NCBI GenBank assembly: GCA_012295275.1
Contig: CM022676.1
Span: forward strand, 11,470,001 to 11,534,000
DNA length: 64,000 nt
Reading direction: 5' to 3'
Source: Chrysomallon squamiferum
Taxonomy: Eukaryota; Animalia; Mollusca
Shown: one piece after another, positions 33,406 through 51,711 of the stretch
How the letters are laid out: the number at the start of each line of letters is the position of its first letter
Numbering within the stretch: the first letter of the stretch is position 1
Made by a program: the position numbers and the translations under genes
The notes under the pieces: model-generated
The model's database searches: none
Told to the model about the DNA's origin: nothing
Seen by the model: only the letters and a program-made list of their open reading frames with translations

Positions 33406-33600
33406 CCAGTTTTGAGTAAGACATTAATTATTTTTATTATAACGTATTTCGTGTGTTATTTTTCATGTTATTGCCTTCATTTGTTACATATTTCAAGTGT
33501 TGTTTATCTGAATTTTGTGCTCTGTTGCTAGGTGCTGATTTTTGAAGAGGAGAAGAGTGACACTGAGATAGTTTTTGTCTCAGATGCGGATTTGGATTAA
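19685..33600 (+). CDS. Beta-galactosidase-1-like protein (GH35, GLB1L2/3-like) with N-terminal signal anchor; exons ~19685-20022, 21013-21081, 23143-23238, 23807-23915, 24434-24526, 24808-24889, 25111-25269, [~25811-25920 garbled], 26295-26387, 27034-27084, 27293-27348, 27891-28040, [exon remnant ending ~29375], 29856-29949, 30581-30668, [~31466-31646 garbled], 33109-33225, 33532-33600
   Basis: GH35 motifs: [75 protein letters not shown] (acid/base Glu), [14 protein letters not shown] (nucleophile Glu), [64 protein letters not shown]. Three internal exons cannot be read intact in this assembly. Confidence 0.92.
21109..21290. repeat. 36-bp minisatellite
   Basis: GACACACAAAATAAGACATCTGATACAATATGT-type unit x5; source of ORFs 20966..21306. 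Confidence 0.9.
22165..22310. repeat. Direct tandem duplication of ~72 bp
   Basis: AGCTCAAACTGCCTGTTTTTACCTAAATTTGGTGAAGAACCATTTTACTAACATCTTGCACTGAACAAAATA x2. Confidence 0.85.
25480..25920 (+). repeat. Triplication (~150-bp unit) of a GH35 acceptor + first ~65 nt of exon
   Basis: GTCACACAG|AGTACTCTAAAGCACTGGAAGGGATTCTGAAAGAAAAGGCGTCTGTCAATCTGTACATG at ~25516, ~25666 and a degenerate copy at ~25811 that continues into GGTNFG. Confidence 0.9.
28045..29150. repeat. 15-bp minisatellite (TTATCTTAACTAACT) starting immediately after a GH35 donor
   Basis: Dozens of copies with a degenerate middle section; gives the 'NFILT' pseudo-ORFs. Confidence 0.9.
29336..29650 (+). repeat. 3-4 copies of a probable exon end + donor (…GTACCAGACCAGACAGTTAAATTACCACAGACTCAG|GTCAGT) interspersed with (TG)n
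   Basis: Copies at ~29340, ~29451, ~29533 and a partial one at ~29634. The frame [12 protein letters not shown] ends in phase 0, matching the next exon at 29856. Confidence 0.7.
30075..30605 (+). repeat. ~52-bp repeat reiterating a GH35 acceptor + exon start
   Basis: TTTTATACAG|GAATCAATGGAACAGTGTATTTAGATAAACTGA x~9; the last copy is the true exon start at 30581. Confidence 0.9.
31480..32640. repeat. ~105-115-bp minisatellite beginning at a GH35 donor and interleaved with the garbled exon
   Basis: CAGACATTGCTTGTCTTTG...AGCAAAGCCATATCACTGGGAGTGGTGTTTTTAACAAGTTCAGTACTAGCCAGGGTTCAG x~9. Confidence 0.88.
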
Positions 33601-36345
33601 AGTGAATTAGTCACCACACTGAGGAGTCTGAAGAAAAGTGAAATGCACACACATTTACACAACAGCACACATATTTTATGCACACACACAGACATGTGTA
33701 TATATATAAATCATGTATAATGAAGGGGATATACAGTTGGATGTTTACATTTTTATTTTATTTTACTTAACTTTGGTGCTGTTTGGAACAGGAAAAGTAA
33801 ATTTCAGTTTTTAATCAAATTATCGGCTTCGCCCCATTTAACTCTGGGTTTTGTTTTCAGCCAAATTTTGTTGACTTTTCATTACTTATTTTTATTTTAT
33901 TCTTACTAATCTAAATTTTCAGGCATTTTTTGTTTTATTTCTGTCTAATGGAGTTTTGCAATGATGTTTTTATGTGTGTCCTTATGAGTGTGTGAGTGTG
34001 TGTGTGTGTGTGTGTGTCATTTCTGAAAGATATTATGACAAAACCAGACATTTTTTCGGTGGTTTCTTATTTAACCAGTTTTTGTGTTCACTAATCTTCA
34101 ACTGCAGCAACAAAGTTGATCAGAAATATTTTTTTTAAATGTTCTCAAAATGCATCATTAATCTTAAATCTTATTTTTTAAGCATCTAGTTTAAAACTTT
34201 ACATGTGAAAATCATTTAAACATGGATATTAGTTATAAAGTGTTGTGCAATTATCATGTAAACATAATTTAAATTTTTGTTAAACATTGTTTACATTTTC
34301 TTGTAAACAGTTTGAATTATCATCTAAGTTTTGTTTAAAGTTGCTTATAAACATTTTAAATTTTCATCTAAATATTGTTAACAGTTTAGATTTACTTTCA
34401 AAAATTACTTGTAAACGTAGTTAAAATTTTCATCTTAAATATATTTTATATTTTCTTGTAAACAGTTCAAATGTTCATCTGTATATTATACACATTTTCT
34501 CGTTAACATTTGTTTAAATTTTCATCTTAATATTTAAATGTTCTTGTAAACATAACTTGAATTTTATCTGAATATTGTTGAAAGTTTATTGTAAACCCTT
34601 GTGATTTGAAACATTTGAAACATTCCAGTTTTGTGTATGCATGTGATTTTTAATTAAGGAAAAAATGTGTCCATCTATCATGTTTTTTTGTCCGAGTTTG
34701 AGCATTTTGAGTGTGAGTGTTTCCAGTTTGAGTATGTTAGTACATAATGTTACATTTAATATACAAGTATGTGAGACATTTAATATACAAGTATGTGTGA
34801 CCTATGTGAGAGTGTCACATCTGTGTGTGTTTGGTACAGACAGATAGATATAGAACAGAGAGATGAGTAGTTAGCAGAGGATGGTCTGGTTAAAAATCAG
34901 TCTTCCTCCTTGTTTCCCACAACTAATGTATCAAAGTGTGTGGTATGTGACGTCCTGCCTGTGACAAGGTTGTGTAAATTATTTGTTGTTGCTAACTAAT
35001 AAGTATTGGCTGTGGAGAGTCAGATTTCTTGATCAAAATCATTAACAATCCACTAATCCCACCAAAACATAAATAAATTAATTAATTAATTAAATAATAA
35101 TAATAATAGTAATAATGTGCAATAAATTATCACCAAAAGCCTTATTTGATTTTGAATAATTCATAAAAAAGAAGAAGAGCTCATTTTAATATATTTTTTG
35201 TATCACTACTACTTACTTTTTATGTGGTCCAGACATACTTGTAGATAGACATGTAAACGTGTTTTGCAGTTAGGTAACTCGGATGTTACACTGAAATTGT
35301 TTACTTAGATGTTACAGTAAAACTGTTTACTCCAGGTATTTCAGTAAAACTGTTTACTTAGATGTTACACTGAAATTGTTTACTTCGATGTTACAGTAAA
35401 ACCGTTTACTCCAGGTATTCCAGTAAAACTGTTTAAACTTTTTGTTTGGATATTACACTTTGTTGGTAGCAGATCAAAGTATTGTACACAAATGTATTAC
35501 CTGTCAGTTTATTGCACTGTGTGTTGTTGTACAAATTATTTTGGTAAAATACTGTTCTTTTATACATTGTTTTGGTGTACATATTTTGTATTATTTTGGT
35601 ATACTACTAAAGGTTTTATTTTAACTTGCTATTTTAACTTGTTATTTTGGTATGACACAGCTAGCTACATTTTTAAATAAAGGTGAAAACTGATTTCTGT
35701 GTTTGTAAACATTTATACACTTTTAAATAACTTTGATGTTCTTCATAAATATGAAACACTGGAACACAAACTAAAACACACACACACATGCATGCAGACA
35801 TACACAAACAATAATCTCTCTCTTAACAAATTTTCTGTACCTATATATGGGAGAAAAAAGGTTGATAATAATTTATTTAAAATGTGAACAAGAATGAAAA
35901 AAAGTGACAAAAAGAAAACAATAATAAAATAAATAAAAGATAATTTAAAATTGACAGATGTTTTATTTGTCAAATATAAAACTAAACAAATATGTTAATA
36001 CTCCAGAACCATTTTAAAAGGGCTGCCTTAGCAAAAACGTTATATCACACTATTTCAAATATAAAATTTTAATTCACAAACAAAATAATCACAGCCAGCT
36101 TTTAGTCAAGAATAAATCTCACATCTGTCTGTCTGTCTGTCACACACAGGAAGACAGTATATAACTACAGACAGTCAAGGCACTGTATTACATACAATAA
36201 ACAAAAAGGTATATAATACATACGTGTGTAATAAAATAGAGAGGTAACTCTGTAGATTAAAAAAAAGCACTAAAAAATACAAGGAATCATAACTGAAATA
36301 AATATTTTTCCTTACAGTAATTTCATTTCTGAGATTTGTTTTTCT

Positions 36346-37676
36346 TCAGCCATTTTTGTCTGTAGCAGACGGTTTCTGGTTCTTCAGATACCCACGACTG
36401 AAATAAAACATTTCCTGTCTGAGACTAAAACTGAATATTTCAATAAATCAGTTATTTGTTTAACAAATGTGAATGGTTATTAAAACAACAAAATATCTGA
36501 ATTAAAATGATTGTAGTAGAAAAAGTTGGCTTGACTTTTGTACCTAGCTATGGGGGATTAATTGAAGTGGGGCATTATAGATGTAACAGAGACACAGCAG
36601 AATGTAACAGAGACACAGGAGAACAAGTAACAGAGACAGCACACCATGTAACAGACACAGCAGAACATGTAACAGAGACAGCAGAACATTTTAGAAAGAC
36701 ATAGCAGAACATGTAACAGACACAGCAGAACATGTAACAGAGACACAGGAGAACAAGTAACAGAGACAGCACACCATGTAACAGACACAGCAGAACATGT
36801 AACAGAGACAGCAGACCATGTAACAGACAGGAGAACAAGTAACAGAGACAGCAGACCATGTAACAGAGACACAGCAGAACATGTAACAGACACAGAACAT
36901 GTAACAGAACCACAGCAGAACATTTTAGAGAGACATAGCAGAACATGTAACAGACACAGCAGAACATGTAACAGAGACACAGGAGACCATGTAACAGAGA
37001 CACAGCAGAACATGTAACAGAGACAACAGATCATGTAACAGAGACACAGGAGAACATGTAACAGAGACACCGGAGAACATGTAACAGAGACACATGAGAC
37101 CATGTAACAGAGACACAGCAGACCATGTAACAGAGACACAGGAGAACATGTAGGTTGAATGTTGTTAATAAAGAATGCATGTTGAGTACTGTGAATAAAC
37201 TGAAAAAATTACTTTATTCAAAAGTGCAGTGATGCCTGTCAGTAATGACTACGGTGAGTATAACAAGAGAAGATAACCCAGGTGAGTATGGTGAGTAATT
37301 TACTCACAGGAGAGCATTTGTGTTTTGTAATTCTTCTATTTTAGCCTCAGTTTTCTCCATCCACTCTCTGTACTGCTCCTGCCATGAATGTTTTATCTGA
37401 GTAATAACGAGTAATAACAATAACAGTAATAACAATAACAATAACAGAAATAACAGTAACAATAACACTAACAATAACAGTAACAATAACAGTAATAATA
37501 ACAGCTGTAACAATTAAAACTAATAATAATAATTGTAACAACAATAATAACTAATAGCAGTAATAACAATTATAACAATAATAACAAATAATGACAATAA
37601 AAATAGTAACAATAATAATATTCAAGCAGTTTTATTAGTTGTAGGAAAAAAAATACACAATAATTAAAATAATTAA

Positions 37677-37716
<40 letters not shown>

Positions 37717-38526
37717 TTAATAACAGTTTCTTTCTAGCACATTACTATTTCTTATCCTTATTATTCCTGCATTTCTAAAAAGTTATTTATTTATTTGATG
37801 GATCAGTTATAATTTAATTCTGTTTTTTTTTTTAATTGTACACAAAACAATGATTATTAATAAAGAAAGATGGAAAACATTTATACAGAAATGACTGGAA
37901 TGAGACAGGACTAAAAGTGTGTCACCTCTGTCTTCATCTTCTCTTCATTTTCGCACCAGCTCGCTTCCTTCACGCTGAGTTCGTGTCGGAGCGCGTCGAC
38001 TTGCTCCTCCAATTCACCATTTTGCATTCTCAGTGCCATGTTCTCGTTCTTCAAGTCTTTCATTTCGTCTTGTAGTTTCTGTATTTCCTCCTCATGTGCA
38101 CAAGCACCATTCTAAACAGAAAATTCATCAGATAATCTTTTTAAGATTTTTTTATAAATATTTTTTGATCAGGATAAAAAAACAAAAAAAATTAGAAAGA
38201 AAGAAAAGAAAAAAGTTTACAACGGAAACAATTTTTGTTTCAAAATAGAGAACAAATCAGATGTAAGTATTTCTGTTGAAGAAACAAGAATATGTAAATG
38301 CTAATTTCCACCACATATGAAGAAGCACTTTTCTAAAAAAAAATAATACTATTCTGTATTATGATTTCTGTTTTTCAAATTTAATTATGTTGTGTGTTAA
38401 TATTCAGTATTGTAGGTTACATATACCTTTTTTGCACTGAAATATCACTTATTTGATTATTACACATAAATAATGATTTGCTTATCAGATTGATAATGTA
38501 CTTCTTTGTTGATTTATTATTATTAT

Positions 38527-38558
<32 letters not shown>

Positions 38559-38593
38559 TTGTTATTAGTTTTCTTACATACATGTATTGGTAT

Positions 38594-38626
<33 letters not shown>

Positions 38627-40260
38627 TTGTAGTAGTAGTAGTAGTAGTATTGTTATTAGTTTTCTTACATACATGTATTGGTATTAGTAGTAGTAGTAGT
38701 ATTGTTATTAGTTTTCTTACATACATGTATTGGTATGTTTTAACTGATTGATCAGTCTATTCAGTTTTCTTGTTTTGTTTTTTCATACAAATATTAATCT
38801 AACTGTTTGACCACCAATCTCCCTTGTTACCACGGTAACCTGCTGTTTTGCTTTTTCTACTTCTCCACCTTGTTTACAAACACAATCCTAAAAACAAACA
38901 CTTTTTTTATCATTATTTTTTTGTGTTGTTAGTATATTTTGTGTTTTTTTTATGTTCTTAGAATGTTTTATGTTTTATATTATGTTGTTAATATATTCTA
39001 TATATATTGTGTTAATGTATTTTGTATTTTATTTCTTACATTTGACATCTGACTTTTCATTTCCTCCATTTCTTTGGCAAATTTTTCACGCAAATCTGAG
39101 ATTTCCTTTTCCCAGTCAGTTTCATGTTTGTCATCTTTAGTCTCCGAAGCACGCCTTGTTGACTCTCTTCAACAACAACAGCAACAACAATAACAACCAC
39201 AACAACAGTAACAACAATAACAACCACAACAACAGTAACAGGAGTAACAGTAATAAAAAGCTAAAAATCACAACAATAAAGAAAATAATCAAATTAATTG
39301 TAGTAACAAACAGTAGGAGTAGTAGTAGTGGTAGCAGTAGTAGCGGTAGTATTAGTTGTAGTAGTAGAAATATAGGTAGAAGAGCTATTAATGAAATTCA
39401 GAACAAAAATTATGTTCGTTCGTTATCATCATTTTTGTAGTATTGTAGTTGTTATCATCATCATCATCATCATCGTTGTCATTATTATAAGTTGTTGTAG
39501 ATGCTTACCGGCAACATCATCATTGTTATTATTATACAGTTGTTGCTTACCGGCGACTGAAAGGAGTTCCAACTTGTACAATTTCTCGTTCTCGCTTGTG
39601 GACTGTTGTGTGTTTAGCCTTCCTCAAATCTTCAAGTTTCCTCTTCAGCAAGGAAACTTCCTCTTCCAGCTGAGAATGTCAACAAAAAATAAAATAAAAT
39701 AAAATAAACCAAACAGAAAAATTAAACATAGTAATAAGTGAATCTATTTTTTTCTTGTAACAGGTCAATACTGAACAAACTATGATAAACACAGGACAAA
39801 GAATATTGCAGTGCCACAGTCTTTTTTTTTAAATTTAATTTTTAAACTTTTAAATTTTTTGAATGTCTTTGTACTGAGTGGTGGAGTAACAAAGGATGGA
39901 GGAATTACAGATGGAGCAGGAAATGCTTTGGTGGATTGAGTGAGGATAGGAGGAATGATGGGCAGAGTTATAAAAAGCATATAAACTGTTTACCATTGTT
40001 ACACAACAATTAATAATAATAATAACAACAACAATAATAATAATATCAACAACACCACCACCACCAATAATAATGATGATAGTAATGATAATAAAAAATA
40101 ATGAAATGAAATAACACAAAATAAAATAAAAATTAATTTAAAAAAAAAAGAAGAATAGAATAGATAAATAAATAATTAAATATATAAAACTATTCTTCAC
40201 CTCTTTCACTCTGGCTTTCAATAAAAATTCATTTGATTTTGTTTCTTTCTTTGTAGCCAT
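36346..40260 (-). CDS. Uncharacterised coiled-coil protein (~225 aa); exons ~40260-40201, 39669-39551, ~39166-39040, 38887-38840, 38111-37926, 37396-37308, 36397-36346
   Basis: Hand-spliced open frame through GT-AG junctions: MATKKETKSNEFLLKARVKE|LEEEVSLLKRKLEDLRKAKHTTVHKREREIVQVGTPFSRR|ESTRR...DWEKEISDLREKFAKEMEEMKSQMSN|DCVCKQGGEVEKAKQQ|NGACAHEEEIQKLQDEMKDLKNENMALRMQNGELEEQVDALRHELSVKEASWCENEEKMKTE|IKHSWQEQYREWMEKTEAKIEELQNTNALL|RGYLKNQKPSATDKNG*. Heptad-rich, E/K/L-rich; family not recognised. Confidence 0.8.
36582..37150. repeat. ~21-23-bp minisatellite (CATGTAACAGAGACACAGCAGAA)
   Basis: About 25 copies in the last intron of the coiled-coil gene. Confidence 0.9.
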
Positions 40261-42169
40261 CTGAAAACACAAATTAAAACTTGATAACATGGTCTAAATA
40301 ATAACACTAATGTTATAACTAAATAAACAAGTTTTCAGAATTTTCTAATTTTGTCACAAATACACAAGTTAAAACAATTACTTGGCAACTTTATAATGTG
40401 TGTGTGTGTGTGTTTAATTATATATAAAACCTGATGTAACAAGTAAGTAAAATACATTTTCCGACAGTAACATATTTCTCGTAATTAAAGATTTTTGCAT
40501 TACTAAAACACATTATGAATCAATTTTACGATGCTTTACAGAAAATGGTAGAAAAAGCTAAGTATAATCACGGTTGACAAACCTGTTCCGCTAAGTTGAC
40601 AAATGCAACCAAATGACATTAAAGTTGCAAATAAAATATTTCATATGTGTTCGGTAATATAAAAGCGTTAAATTTTGATTTGGTCTGATTTCACCGACGA
40701 AGAATGTTTATGATATACCAAAAATGATATATATCTATATATTATCACGGCGTTCCTAGCAACTTGACCTAAATGTCATCAAATAATTTTCCCGTTTACG
40801 AAACAATAGCATTATTCTTTTATAAATCCCTCCGTTCAGTGTAAGAATCTCGCTAATGTGTTTTTAGAAACAATAAATTAAAGTGTAAAGTTAATTTACT
40901 TATTTGTTTCAAATTATATTAATGAATCAAACATAACTTCATCGTATGTTAACAGTAATTCTTCTTGAATAAATAAACGAAATTTTGAACAAAGATTTGG
41001 AACAATACCATATGGATGTTAACATTTTACTAACATTTTATTGTACCAGTAAAGTAGATTTTGATAAAACAAGCGACAACACTCGGGTATTTGAGAATAC
41101 ATGCCGACATTGTATCGTTCACACTTTCTTCATAAATTCAGTTTAAAAAAAATGCAGGTATGTAAACTAAAAAAAAAAAAAAAAAAAAACGAGGAGAAAG
41201 TCTGAACTTCGAGGCGAATGACCTTGGGATTTGCTGTAACTTAAACTGCATCCGCGACATGTGACAGAAAACTAATACAGTCTAACTAAATAGTATTAGC
41301 TAAAATGTTTCTAAAATGTTAGATTAACGCTGTAACCAGAAAACTAGATACTAAAACAGTCCATGAAAACGGAAATCGAAACATTCGCCAGCTAACAAAT
41401 TGGACAAGGTATGATTTTAATTATAGATATTATTTTTATTTATTTATTTAGAATCATCTGACGAATTTGCGTCGTCTTTAAAATAGTCACAAAGGCTAAT
41501 AGATATCTGTTTTTTTAACAGTTCGTGTCCCATTGTAGGCCGGTTGGATGTTATTGTGAAAGACAGAAATAAAATATCGACCATTTCTAACACAGAAGTA
41601 AGAGATACACCTGCTACAACAGAGATTCGCATAACAACAAATTTAACGTTCTACAAAAACAAATAAAAATAAAAATGTTACTTAATAATAATAATAATAA
41701 TAATAATAACTTTCAAAATGAATTTATTGAGCAGCTGCATGGACACGAAGTCATTTTGTCTTAAAAATAAAGTAAAAATATATGTATATAAATATTATAA
41801 TGCGTTCTATGATAGAAGAATACAAAAATTCCCAAATTTTTTATACAGGGAGTACGTTTATCTTTTAAGAGAAAAGACAATTAAACTAAAGCAAATGCGC
41901 AGTTATATAATTCTTCGGTCAATAAATAAATAAATAAATAAATATTCATCATCATTATCTTTATCATCTTCATGATAATTATCGTCATCAAGCGTTCTAA
42001 TTTTAGTCTTTGCTTATTTCATTAAAAGCAACGCTAGTAAAAAGAATTAAAATATAAATCCGAGTGTTTCATATATCCATTTTGAACGAAAATGATTATT
42101 AATACACTGCACAAATATAAATATATTTTAAAACTGAAATTGTACTGTTTCAAATTCTATTTATTCTCG

Positions 42170-42267
42170 AAAATAGTTATACGAACATATTTCCCGAGAA
42201 TTGTCGAAGTTTTCCGATTAGGCGCCCTCTATAAGATGACGGCCATATTTGGTGCTTAACGGTATGT
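42170..42267 (+). promoter_or_regulatory. Probable DDX6 promoter / first non-coding exon with YY1-like element
   Basis: Local CpG enrichment, AAGATGACGGCCAT (near YY1 consensus AAGATGGCGGC) at ~42233-42246, then the donor AACG|GTATGT at 42261/42262. Confidence 0.45.
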
Positions 42268-45137
42268 ACATTGAGAAATATCCAGCGCATCTTTCGAAAA
42301 CCAAGCCTTTAAAATGAAATAGTTATTGAAATTTATATTTACTGGAATCCAATTTAATCGTAAGAGTTGCAATTTTTATACAGATTCATTGTGTTGCGAT
42401 GTTTCGAAAAGGTTTTTTTCATGCCTGGTTTAGCGTAAGAAAAGTGTCAACAATAGAAACCAGATTTAATATTTCCTTGTAGCTTTTCTTTCATTTTGAA
42501 ACGCAGATAATGTGTTTCAACTAATTTATAAAAGAAATCACTGTATTTTCTGTAATTTCAGGTTCACAATTGTTATCAAATTTTTATTTTCTTTGTATTT
42601 ACAGAGCTTTGATAGGGTAATGATTAGTTTGGCCTGAATCATATTTTTTTTTTACATAACAAACTGAGAAATGCTCTTTAGAGTTTATAGGTATTTGAAA
42701 TACGTTTCTAACTAGTAATGTTGAAGCCGTTTTAATCTGAAAAACCCAAAATAAATGACGCAGTTATTGTGTAATGATAGTGTTGGGTCAGTTTTGTAAT
42801 TTTGCTGTTGGCTGATTTGGTAATCACACAATCATATTTTTTTTTTTTTTTTTTTTTTTTGTGTTTACTATTAATATTTATATATTTTAACAGTGGCTTA
42901 AGACTGATATTAAATAAGAAGAACATTAAATCCACAAATGATTAATTTAAACTTCTAGACAACTGATAAGTGCATAATTTCTTTTTAATTTGTTTTTTTC
43001 CTTTTTTTTAATTTTTCCTTTTGGCAGTTTATTAACAGAAGCAATGCTTCTGATTCCTTAGTCCATTGCTGAAAACAACATTTATCTGTGCAACATAATG
43101 TTAAAAAGAGTGTGATAGGATATACTGTTTTTTGATTCCTGTATTTGACCATATTTTGTTAGGTATGTGACAATACACCAAATTGCATTAAGCAGCTTTC
43201 GTCCACAGCCTTGTTTTCATTTCATTTGCTAGTTAAGCCTCCGGTAAAGAACCACTTAATAAACTGGCTTTTATTGTTCTCTTCATTGTTGTTTACAAAC
43301 CTGTCATAATTCAGCAAAATACAGGCCTATCATTAGCCTCTTATATTTTTCAAAACCATTGTGCTTAATTTCTAGAGTTTTATGCCAGAGTTTCTCCTTT
43401 TGTGGTCATGAAAACCATCCCTGATTATATAGAAGACAAGTAAAATACTTTTTCAAATCTTTTTTTTATTTTCTTTGGTTAATTAGTGATCTTCTTTCTA
43501 AATTTAATGGAAAGGGATCAATTACCAATCACTGCCAAGCTGATCATGAATAATGTTTACATTGGAAGGACTCTGCCTGCACCATAAATAAATATCAGGT
43601 TATTAGTATACAGATTTTTAGTATCTTGAAAGATATTTATGGATAATAATACTGGATTCACGTTTTTGTTGCAAAGTCGATGTTTGATACTTAATAATCA
43701 TCCTTTTGAGCAAAAATATAGCTTGCTGTAACCAGTTTCCTGAAACCTTTGGCTGATGTCCTTTATGCCCAATAACAAATGCATTAACTTTTCATAGAAA
43801 TATAATTCACAACAACAAAAAGACCAAATAATTTTCAGTATGTTGCCTTATCAAGCTTTATTTAAACTTCTCGGTCAAACCAAGTTCTTTAATAAAATGT
43901 GTAGTTTCTTCAGCAAGAAATATTGGTCACATGCAGTGATGTACTCTATTGTTTTACTAATTAAGACAAAAATGAAATGTCAAATTTGGTGACCTTTAAT
44001 TGCCTCAACTTTCTTGTTAATGTTCATAAAAAGAGGTGTCATGGGAAATGTTGTTTTCATCGCTATCCAGTGATACCAGACTTAATCAAATTAATTGACT
44101 TTTTATCTTTATGAGATCACATTGAAACTTGTTGAACTGAAAATTTTAGTCATACTGATTTTGAACATGTTAATTTGTAGCAACAGAATATCAATTTTAA
44201 TTTGTTGCGTTGGTTTTCTCTTGGGTGAAAAAATAATATTATAACTGGGTGGGACTTACACTATTACATAGTCCAGCTGAACATGTTTTGGTTACCTCTG
44301 TTCATACCAGTTAATGTCAACACATTTTTGCTATAAACCTATGGCACAATGAATACTGAACAGTTTGATGTATAAAAATATGATTTCTGGGTATGAAAAA
44401 ATGTAATTTTTGTTCTGTTTTGAGACATTAATACTTACCCTCCTTCAAAACCTGCCTTCTCATTCACTGCAAAGTTAACTGAACAGTCTAGAGAATAATG
44501 TAAAACAGATATTCTCCAAAGAATTTAAAGTCCATAAACATTAGAAAAATCTGAAATTTTATTTCATTATAGATAGATATTTCTGGTAAGTTGATCTGTA
44601 CCAGTCTAAATAGTAACTGTATCTGATAAACATTCTGCAATACCTACTTGAATGTGTACACAAAATGTAACAATACAGATTTAAAATAAGAAACGAAAAG
44701 AAATGTTTGATGAAGCTGCTGTTTTAACAGGTTTTTAAAAAAGTTAGTTGAATGAATGCAGATTGTTGAAATGGATCAAAATGAAGTACACCAGTATATT
44801 GAAACGTTTTCAGTAATCTCTTAAATATTCTTTACTACCAATCTCTGCTGTCTGAAAAGTCACTGAAGTAAAACCGATTTGGTTAAAAAATTGTTTTTAG
44901 TGAAAATAAGAACAAATAATACATACAATAAAGATAATACACAGCTTTCTGGTATGTTTTTATCTCTTTTTTTGACCACTTTGCATTGCAGCTTTCAGTG
45001 TAAACACTACATTATTTTTTAACATCAGAACTGCCAAACAACAGAACACAGAGACTTAAACACATTGAATTTGTATTTAAAAAATTTAAAAAATGATGCA
45101 AAGAATTTATTTTTATTTTTTAAATTACCTGAAAAAT

Positions 45138-45213
45138 TGTTTCAGTGATGAGAACTTTTTGTCAGTTCTGCTTCAGATACAGAATGACGACTCAAGTATG
45201 ATTCTGAGAAACA
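45138..45213 (+). ncRNA. Box C/D snoRNA, U38/SNORD38-like (divergent copy A, in the DDX6 5'-UTR intron)
   Basis: Stem TGTTTC/GAAACA, C box GTGATGA, guide TCAGTTCTGCTT, D' CAGA, C' ATGACGA, D CTGA; ends 75 nt upstream of the 3' splice site at 45288. Confidence 0.8.
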
Positions 45214-45466
45214 GTTTTATTTAACAAGTAACATGGCTTCTAAATGTTAGCTAACTGAACAACTATTAGTTTCTTTTTTCTTTTTCAGGTATCTACTGCG
45301 GCTGTTGAACAAAGTTTTTCATGTTTTTTTCAAAGTGAATGTAAAAAAAAAAATTGGAAGCGAAGGTGTAATAAAACAGTTTGATTTAAAACTATTCTGT
45401 ATTGAAAAGTCAGTTTGACTGAAAAAAAGTATTTTATTGTCAAGTGATAAGTGTTAGTGTGTAGTC

Positions 45467-51711
<6,245 letters not shown>

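Noticed and set aside
41168-41230. RNase P RNA-like 3' end on the minus strand (GTTCAGACTTTCTCCTCG + poly-T)
   Set aside because: The complementary P4 strand (GGAAGGUCUGA-like CR-I) is not found at the expected distance on the same strand, and the CR-V match is imperfect.
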